From the NCBI GenBank assembly GCA_951406725.2, contig OX597835.1, positions 36,146,001 to 36,210,000 on the forward strand: a stretch of DNA of 64,000 nucleotides. Reading direction: 5' to 3'. The notes below the pieces were generated by a model, which saw only the letters and a program-made list of their open reading frames with translations, did no database searches and was not told where the DNA came from. This document shows positions 55,730-64,000 of the stretch, in pieces (position 1 is the stretch's first letter; every line of letters starts with the position of its first letter). The DNA is from Octopus vulgaris. Taxonomy: Eukaryota. The translations under genes and the position numbers were made by a program.

Positions 55730-56945
55730 TCCAAACTATTCTAACCACTCGACGATCCACAAATGTTGAATCATATCGTAAGCTTTGTGGTAATCGATCC
55801 CAAAGTCGTCCTCCTTCGCTTAACATTTTGCATTACCATTTTGTCTGTCAATAGTTAGTCTTTGGTACATCTGCATCCCCTCCTGCATCTTTTTTTTCTC
55901 CATCGGTAAGATGTCGTTATCATCAAAATCTTTGTACATTTCTTCTGCAATCCCACCTGACATTAACTGTCGCATTAATGGAAGGCAAGAAATTAACCTG
56001 TAATTGTCCGCAGCATTTTCTTTCGATGCTTTACTCAAACACAACACAGTTCGTCCTTTGGTCTGTCACTCAGAGATTTCTTCTTCTCCATCGACCAAGG
56101 CATTAAATTGCTCTGCGTTCAATTTATGGCACCTAGTCAACATTTTTATCCAAAATTCCTCCACGTCATCAGATTCTGCTGCTTTCCAGTTGTTCGTCTC
56201 TTCGTTCATATTCCTTATACTGTCTTCGGTAAAGTAGATAGCTCCTTGCTGGGAATAATCAGCTGTTTGCTTCAGGCTGTAGAACCATTCAGCTCCTGAG
56301 TTGTGTTGTTCTTGCTTACTCCATATTTTAAACCAAAACTGCCGACTTTCATCAGCATTAGGAATTAATCTTTCGCATAGGCGTAGGAGTGGCTCTGTGG
56401 TAAGTAGCTTGCTTACGAACCACATGGTTCCGTGTACGGTCCCACTGCGTGGCATCTTAGGCAGGTGTCTTCTACTATAGCCTCGGGCCAACCAAAGCCT
56501 TGTGAGTGGATTTGGTAGACGGAAACTGAAAGAAGCCCGTCGTATATATGTATACATATGTATGTGTGTGGGTGTGTGTGTGTGTTTGTGTGTCTGGGTT
56601 TGTCCCACCCAACATCGCTTGACAACAGATGCTGGTGTGTTTACGTCCCCGTAACTTAGCGGTTCGGCAAAAGAGACCGGTAGAATAAGTACTAGGCTTA
56701 CAAAGAATAAGTCCTGGGATCGATTTGCTCGACTAAAAAGGTGGTGCTCCAGCATGGCCACAGTCAAATGACTGAAACAAATAATAGAGTAAAGAGTAAA
56801 AGAGTATTCTATATCACCATTAATTTCTTGATCAAATTTTTTTTAAATTAATTCTAAACAAACGGTTTTGCCGGCAATGTTTAATCCGTTGTTAAAACCT
56901 AGTTAGTTTTGCTTTCTTGGCAAATAGACGCTGCTTCAGTTCTTC
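55730..56945 (-). pseudogene. Dong/R4-type LINE ORF remnant interrupted by a SINE-B
   Basis: RQNRLF; QFWFKIWS..HNSGAEW; NWKAA; [17 protein letters not shown]; IDYHKAYDMIQHLWI. Contains stops and frameshifts. Confidence 0.82.
56380..56805 (+). mobile_element. Full-length SINE-B
   Basis: GGCGTAGGAGTGGCTCTGTGGTAAG...(AGAGTAAA)n tail. Confidence 0.9.
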
Positions 56946-56964
56946 AATTACAACAATTGTATGA

Positions 56965-57109
56965 ATGAATTAGGTTCATACACTCCATAATCCAAGAATG
57001 TGGGATCATATCGTACGCCTTACGATAGTCGACCCATGACATAGCTAAGTTACTTTTCTTTCTCTTGCGGCCCCTAAGCACCCCTGCACTTACGCTTGCA
57101 ACCCTTCTG

Positions 57110-57111
<2 letters not shown>
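56965..57111 (-). pseudogene. Second Dong/R4 RT fragment
   Basis: VLRGRKRKKSNLAMSWVDYRKAYDMIPHSWIMECM. Confidence 0.8.
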
Positions 57112-57145
<34 letters not shown>

Positions 57146-57162
57146 GTTGTTGTTGATGTTGT

Positions 57163-57193
<31 letters not shown>

Positions 57194-57262
57194 TTTGTTG
57201 TTGTCGTCGTCGTCGTCGTCATCGTCATCATCATCATCATCATCATTATTATTGTTATTATG

Positions 57263-57321
<59 letters not shown>

Positions 57322-57331
57322 TATTATTATT

Positions 57332-57717
57332 ACTTTTGCATTATTTTATACAAGCTGTTTCAAACTTCCTCCAGAGATCTCAAGTAACAACAAGTTGGAC
57401 GTATTACTATAGGTGCAATTTGGCGATTAGCAACGATACATTCTAAGGAATGAAGGACAGAATCTGAGAACTAAGATTCTGTTAAATTCATAATATTTCA
57501 ACTTTGAAAGAGTTTTAAGAGAAGCAGATGTTTTGAAGTTGACAATGTTTTGCTAAAGATGTGGGCAGTACCCATGGGAACAATTTTTTGTAGTTCAGAT
57601 ACCTTGCGTTTTCATAGTATTTGGTCATAGTGTTTAAAAATGCCTTTGGGTGTTGTCACCAAAGCCCCGATAAATACAAGTGCAGCCATTGTTCTGAGAT
57701 GCCACATTTTTGAGGTC
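57332..57717 (-). mobile_element. Dong/R4 3' end (restriction-like endonuclease tail and 3' UTR) running into (AAT)n
   Basis: SKMWHLRTMAALVFIGALVTTPK...ELQKIVPMGTAHIFSKTLS; the 3' end abuts (ATT)n at 57112-57331. Confidence 0.72.
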
Positions 57718-57939
57718 TGTCTTTAATAGCTGGGTAGTAAGCTTCTTAACGACGCCGCCACTCCGGCGCCTAGATTGTTTGTTATTTAATTAATTATTTA
57801 ATTATTATAAAATAATGAATGAATGACTGTTTTAATCAATGACTGAACGTAATAGCATGGAAAATAAAAAAAAAGTTTGAACAAAGAGAAGAAAGAATGA
57901 TTGAAAAAATGTAACCGAATTAGATTCTAATGGAATGAC

Positions 57940-58026
57940 TAAAGGAAGATTGAAAGAAAGAAAGGAAGGAAGGAAGGAAGGAAGGAAGGAAGGAAGGAAG
58001 GAAGGAAGGAAGGAAGGGAGAGAGAG

Positions 58027-58057
<31 letters not shown>

Positions 58058-58059
58058 AC

Positions 58060-58104
<45 letters not shown>

Positions 58105-58425
58105 GAAGGAAGGAAGGAAGGAAGGAAGGAACAAAGAAACAAAGAAAAAAAGAAAGAAAGGAAGGAAGAAAGAAAGAAAGAAAGAAAGTAAGTAAGTAAG
58201 AAAGAAAGAAAGGAAGGAAAGAAGAAAGGAAGAAAGGAAGGAAGAAAGAAAGAAAGAAAGTAAGTAAGAAAGAAAGAAAGGAAGGAAAGAAGAAAGGAAG
58301 AAAGGAAGAAGGGAAGTAAGAAAGAAAGAAAGAAAGAAAGGAAGTAAGACAGTAAGAAGGGAAGTAGGAAAGAAAGGAAGTAAGAAAGAAAGAAAGTAAG
58401 AAAGAAAGAAAGAAAGAAAGTAAGA
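57940..58425. repeat. (GGAA/GAAA/GTAA)n polypurine tract
   Basis: Direct reading. Confidence 0.95.
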
Positions 58426-59027
58426 AATGCGGGAGTTTTATTCGAAAACTCATAGAAAGAGATGCGTATTGAAGGAAAACCCATATTTTAGAAAGAAGAG
58501 TGGATGGAAGGAAGAAAGGAATAAGCATTAACGAAAAGAAGAAGTAAGAGGATGAAAGAGAGGATTCGAAGAAGAACGAAGCCAGCTCAAACTATGGAGA
58601 AGATATTGAGTGAGAAAGAACGAGAAAAATTACGATAGAAGAAAAAAGAGAGAAGACAAAATAGAGAAGAAAGAATATATTGTCATTTAATATGAAAGAA
58701 TGACAGAAAATTTGCACGATTAAAAGGAGATTGCCAAAAGTTAAGAAAACTGATTTATCATTATTATTATTATTATTTTTTTTTTTAATGTCGTAAATCA
58801 AAACTGTAATTGCCAGCGGCCATATTACTTCCGGGGAAAACTACTTCCGCTTTATAATAATAAAAAGAAAAGACTAATAGAAGATCGATGAAAATGTCAT
58901 TGACGACATTGAATATTTCGAATAGAAATTATTTATTTATTTAATTATTTATTGCCAGATATTCAAACCCAGGAATTGTTCGAAGACTCTGCTTTGTGTC
59001 TTAACCGACTAAATTATACTAGGATAG

Positions 59028-59082
59028 ATTATTATTATTGTTATTATTATTATTACTATTATTATCATCATCATCATCATCA

Positions 59083-59158
<76 letters not shown>

Positions 59159-59190
59159 CATTACCATTATTGTCATTATTATTATTATTA

Positions 59191-59224
<34 letters not shown>

Positions 59225-59238
59225 CATCATCATCATCA

Positions 59239-59293
<55 letters not shown>

Positions 59294-59303
59294 CATTATT
59301 ATC

Positions 59304-59334
<31 letters not shown>

Positions 59335-59361
59335 CCATTATTGTCATTATTATTATTATTA

Positions 59362-59404
<43 letters not shown>

Positions 59405-59406
59405 TA

Positions 59407-59473
<67 letters not shown>

Positions 59474-59544
59474 TACTACTATTATTATTATTACTATTAT
59501 CATTTTTATTATTATCATTATTATTATCATTATTATTATTATTA

Positions 59545-59588
<44 letters not shown>

Positions 59589-59760
59589 GTCATTATTATT
59601 ATTATTTTTATTTTTATTATTAATATTATCATCGTTATTATTATTATTATCATTATTATTATTATTGTTGTTGTTGTTTGTGGTGGTGTTGTTGTTGATG
59701 TTGTTGTTGTTGTTGCTGTTGTTGTTGTTGTTATTGTTGTTCTTGCTGTTGTTATTGTCA
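59028..59760. repeat. ~730-bp (ATT/ATC/GTT)n array
   Basis: Direct reading. Confidence 0.97.
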
Positions 59761-59936
59761 TTAATTTTCATGCTGAATGGTAGTTTTCCTATTTGCTTTT
59801 GTCCCTTTTTTAAGCTGATGCGAGATGCTTTAGGTTTGAAGTTGTATACATACATGCTTGTGGATCTCTCTTGCATTTAAGCATCCTTATAAACTCTCGT
59901 TGCATTCTCCCTCTCTCTATGTCTACATTATGTATT

Positions 59937-59998
<62 letters not shown>

Positions 59999-60120
59999 TT
60001 TATTTAAAGCAGCAGAAAATTAAATAAAGCATATTACTCTACCACTGGTATTTGAGTACTCTTTTTTCCACCTTGTTTCACATTTATGTGTTTACTCCGG
60101 TATATATATATATATATACT

Positions 60121-60520
60121 ATTATACTCTATTACTCTTTTACTTGTTTCAGTCATTTTACTGTGGCCATGCTAGAGCACCGCCTTTAGTCGAGCAAATC
60201 GACCCCGGAACTTATTCTTTTTAAGCGTACTACTTATTCTATCGGTCTCTTTTGCCGAACCGCTAGGTTACGGGGTCGTAAACACACCAGTGCCGGTTGT
60301 CAAGCGATGTTGGGTAGAACAGACAAACGCTCAAACATATACACATACATACATATACGACCGGCTTCTTCCAGTTTCCGTCTACCAAATCCATTCACAA
60401 GGCTTTGGTCGGCCCGAAGCTATAGTGGAACACACACGCCCAAGGTGCCACGCAGTGGGACTGAACTCGGGACCATGTGGCTGGTAAGCAAGCTACTTAC
60501 CACAGAGCCACTCCTGCGCC
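60121..60520 (-). mobile_element. Full-length SINE-B
   Basis: Homology to other SINE-B copies. Confidence 0.88.
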
Positions 60521-60535
60521 ATATATATATATATA

Positions 60536-61721
60536 CGAGGATAGGCTGAAAAGTTCATAGGATGACCTCGAACTTGGTCAAATGTGTTTTATTTTTCGAC
60601 ATTGTCTACATTTCTTCGATTGGTGATGCAGCGCCTGGATTCCCGTGGTATAGAAACTCTCTTCCTGACCCTCAAAAGCATCCTCAACTCCAGATATGAC
60701 CTTATGGTTGGTCCGATACTGCTTCCCAGCCAAGTGGGGTTTTTTTTCATATTGAGGAACAGAAAATAGTCAGATTGTGGCAAATCAGGAGAATATGAGA
60801 TTAACCAAACAGTTCAGTGCCACTGTTATGCAGAGCAGCTATTGCTGCCACAGAGTTGTGTGCAAGAGCATGGTTCTGGCGAAGCAGAACCCCCTTCTTC
60901 AGTTTTCCAGGCCTTTTTGACTTCATTGCCTTCTGCAGCTGCTTCGGCATGTTGGTATAGTATTCTCCATTGACAATGTGGCCTTTCTAAAGGTAGTCAA
61001 TGAAAACAATGCCCTTTGCATCCCAGAGGACGGAAACTATCACCTTCCTTGTTGATGACACCACCTTGACCTTCATTAGTGGTGGGAGAATATGAGGAAA
61101 CGTGGATGAGGAAACGTTCAAGAAAACCGGTTGGATTTGCTTCAAAAAGTAACAAGTTCGCCTGCAACATGACCAGCCTCGTGTGCTTTTGATCAGGCGT
61201 CAAACGTTGTGGCACCTTCGACATGCCAAATTCGTTATGCAGAATGTTCCCAATTCCATCACGGGATATGCCGACAGCATTAGCTTTCTGATTAACATCC
61301 ATCGCCATGTGGTGAACATGGTCGATGTTTTCTTGGGTGGTGGCTGTGGTTGGACGTCCTGACCACGGGTCATCTTCAGTACTCTCCCTACACCTCTTGG
61401 ATTCAACTTCCCACTATTGCACAATTGATAAAGCTGGATCAGTATCCCCTAAAATAGCAAACATGTCAGCATGAATGTCTTTAAGGGATAGCCCCTTTTT
61501 CTGCAGATACTTGATAACACCATGGTGCCAAATTTTATCCATTTCCATGAACTGTCTCGAGTACCACTTTTCCAAGTCCTCAATTCTGTATCCAATGTGG
61601 ATTTATCTGGAAAGAAAAATGCAGTTAGCATCAGTAAATGTTGAATTTAATGCATGCCAAGTTTAATTACTGTATGTTAACTCCTTCTTAGTCACCCTAT
61701 GAACTTTTCAGCCCACCTTCG
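60536..61721 (-). mobile_element. Mariner DNA transposon, both ends intact, TA-flanked
   Basis: TIRs CGAGGATAGGCTGAAAAGTTCATAGG and CCTATGAACTTTTCAGCCCACCTTCG; TA on both sides. Confidence 0.9.
60589..61542 (-). pseudogene. Inactivated mariner transposase
   Basis: MDKIWHHGVIKYLQKKGLSPKDIH..; EDDPWSGRP; KVPQRLT (WVPxxL-like); YSPDLPQSDYFLF (YSPDLAPSD-like). Contains stops and deletions. Confidence 0.88.
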
Positions 61722-61945
61722 TATGTATACATTTATATACATACAAATGCATGTATGTATATTTGTTTTTCACTATTGAACTCAAAGTAGATATAGCTAT
61801 AAATAATAGCGTGTAAGTATTGGGTTAAAAAACCTTTCGGATAGAAAAGGTCGAAGACTATCTACTTCGAATTCAAGCGTCAAAACTAATTCTTTTATGT
61901 TCTCTCAAACTTTCTACGTTCTTATGACGGAAACAAATAAACAAT

Positions 61946-61984
<39 letters not shown>

Positions 61985-62053
61985 CACTGTGCATATTATG
62001 TATACTTACATATACATAACGTAAATACATACACATATGCATGCATACATAAT

Positions 62054-62122
<69 letters not shown>

Positions 62123-62278
62123 CATATATATATGAGGGCAGATGAGGGCAGCTGCATCAAACTCTCTTAGGCACCAAATGTCAATTGCTAAAAAGTATTC
62201 GTGAAGTAAAATCATGTAGCAACACCAAATGGCGGTGCCCCAGCGTGGCCACAGCTCGTGAGCTGAAAGTAGATGAAA

Positions 62279-62328
<50 letters not shown>

Positions 62329-62448
62329 ACAATCAAGGAACGGCCATAATAGGCCATTCACCCACTAGAAATAACAGCCAAAAGCTTTAACCGCAAAATA
62401 ACGTCAATTCCGTAAACCAGGAGAAAATTGAAAAACATTTACCCTGTA

Positions 62449-62555
62449 ATTTCTTAGACGATGCACCGTTTCATCTTCTGTTTAATGGAAAACTAACCTG
62501 ATTAAATTAAATCAAGCCAATCTACCATAGGCCCTTAGATTCATCAGTAAGAAAT
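62449..62555 (-). ncRNA. Intact type I hammerhead ribozyme, unit 1
   Basis: ATTTCTTA-CTGATGA-ATCT[60-nt hairpin]AGAT-GAAA-CGG(TGCA)TCG-TC-TAAGAAAT; GUC cut predicted between 62457 and 62456. Confidence 0.88.
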
Positions 62556-62943
62556 AGCCAAACCGGAACAGATATTTTTCACGAGGCATTCTCATTGCTA
62601 CCTCGTCAATATCTGACCTAAAATTTTCAAATCGTCGCACTCGCGCCAAATTTATCGGCAGCAAATAAATATAAGCCGCCGATTCCATTACGGAATTAAC
62701 CAGAAAATTCATAATTAATCAATATAGGGTGGCAAAAAAAAAAATTTTGTAGAATTCTTTTGCCACCAGCGGCCTAGTGGGAAAAAATTAAATAGTCATA
62801 AACCATTTTTAAGTTCAACATCAACAATCAAGGAACGGCCATAATAGGCCATTCACCCACTAGAAATAACAGCCAAAAGCTTTAACCGCAAAATAACGTC
62901 AATTCCGTAAACCAGGAGAAAATTGAAAAACATTTACCCTGTA

Positions 62944-63050
62944 ATTTCTTAGACGATGCACCGTTTCATCTTCTGTTTAATGGAAAACTAACCTGATTAA
63001 ATTAAATCAAGCCAATCTACCATAGGCCCTTAGATTCATCAGTAAGAAAT
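62944..63050 (-). ncRNA. Hammerhead ribozyme, unit 2
   Basis: Identical to unit 1. Confidence 0.88.
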
Positions 63051-63438
63051 AGCCAAACCGGAACAGATATTTTTCACGAGGCATTCTCATTGCTACCTCG
63101 TCAATATCTGACCTAAAATTTTCAAATCGTCGCACTCGCGCCAAATTTATCGGCAGCAAATAAATATAAGCCGCCGATTCCATTACGGAATTAACCAGAA
63201 AATTCATAATTAATCAATATAGGGTGGCAAAAAAAAAAATTTTGTAGAATTCTTTTGCCACCAGCGGCCTAGTGGGAAAAAATTAAATAGTCATAAACCA
63301 TTTTTAAGTTCAACATCAACAATCAAGGAACGGCCATAATAGGCCATTCACCCACTAGAAATAACAGCCAAAAGCTTTAACCGCAAAATAACGTCAATTC
63401 CGTAAACCAGGAGAAAATTGAAAAACATTTACCCTGTA

Positions 63439-63545
63439 ATTTCTTAGACGATGCACCGTTTCATCTTCTGTTTAATGGAAAACTAACCTGATTAAATTAA
63501 ATCAAGCCAATCTACCATAGGCCCTTAGATTCATCAGTAAGAAAT
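63439..63545 (-). ncRNA. Hammerhead ribozyme, unit 3
   Basis: Identical to unit 1; a fourth copy starts at 63933 and is cut by the window edge. Confidence 0.88.
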
Positions 63546-64000
63546 AGCCAAACCGGAACAGATATTTTTCACGAGGCATTCTCATTGCTACCTCGTCAAT
63601 ATCTGACCTAAAATTTTCAAATCGTCGCACTCGCGCCAAATTTATCGGCAGCAAATAAATATAAGCCGCCGATTCCATTACGGAATTAACCAGAAAATTC
63701 ATAATTAATCAATATAGGGTGGCAAAAAAAAAATTTTGTAGAATTCTTTTGCCACCAGCGGCCTAGTGGGAAAAAATTAAATAGTCATAAACCATTTTTA
63801 AGTTCAACATCAACAATCAAGGAACGGCCATAATAGGCCATTCACCCACTAGAAATAACAGCCAAAAGCTTTAACCGCAAAATAACGTCAATTCCGTAAA
63901 CCAGGAGAAAATTGAAAAACATTTACCCTGTAATTTCTTAGACGATGCACCGTTTCATCTTCTGTTTAATGGAAAACTAACCTGATTAAATTAAATCAAG

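Larger units (their letters stand above)
62326..64000 (-). repeat. 495-bp head-to-tail tandem array, at least 3.4 units, continuing past the window; hammerhead-bearing (retrozyme-like)
   Basis: Units start at 62326, 62821, 63316 and 63810. By eye they are identical except for one A-run (unit 3 is 494 bp). The array begins directly after (TA)n at 62284-62325. Confidence 0.97.

Noticed and set aside
62569-62616. Hairpin with TGAC/TGAA considered as a SECIS element or K-turn
   Set aside because: The register gives Watson-Crick ACGAGG/CCTCGT with a 1x4 loop, not the tandem G:A quartet and helix length of a SECIS.
62512-62712. 66-aa minus-strand ORF repeated in every 495-bp unit
   Set aside because: No recognisable motif, short enough to arise by chance, and it overlaps the ribozyme core and hairpins. 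Its identity between units only reflects the repeat. Not excluded without ribosome profiling.
62326-64000. Plus-strand (ambisense) ribozyme, or a CRISPR-like reading of the array
   Set aside because: No CUGANGA core was seen on the plus strand, and the units have no variable spacers. TAGAAATA(A/G)C resembles the sgRNA scaffold only by coincidence.

Overview
AT-rich eukaryotic (animal) non-coding DNA made almost entirely of microsatellites and transposable elements. The SINE repertoire and repeat style suggest an octopus (coleoid cephalopod) genome; this is inferred, not checked. There is no intact protein-coding gene, and almost all listed ORFs are microsatellite translations. One plausible spliced first exon lies on the minus strand at about 4.26-4.46 kb. 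The window holds four tRNA-derived SINE families (my labels A-D), decayed mariner and Tc1-like DNA transposons, Dong/R4 LINE fragments, the 3' end of a Tx1/L1-like LINE inside (GATA)n, and many short Penelope-like termini carrying type I hammerhead-ribozyme motifs next to (TA)n/(CA)n tracts. The main finding is at 62326 to the window end: a near-identical 495-bp head-to-tail array. Each unit encodes, on the minus strand, an intact hammerhead ribozyme (8-bp stem I, CUGAUGA, long G:U-rich stem II, GAAA, GUC site) within a heavily base-paired RNA, which makes it a candidate retrozyme or viroid-like 495-nt circular RNA. Two secondary findings: SINE-A shares its 3' tail with the Tx1-like LINE, and SINE-A repeatedly forms concatemers with the same tail-to-internal junction. 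All coordinates and folds were read by eye, so repeat boundaries are approximate.
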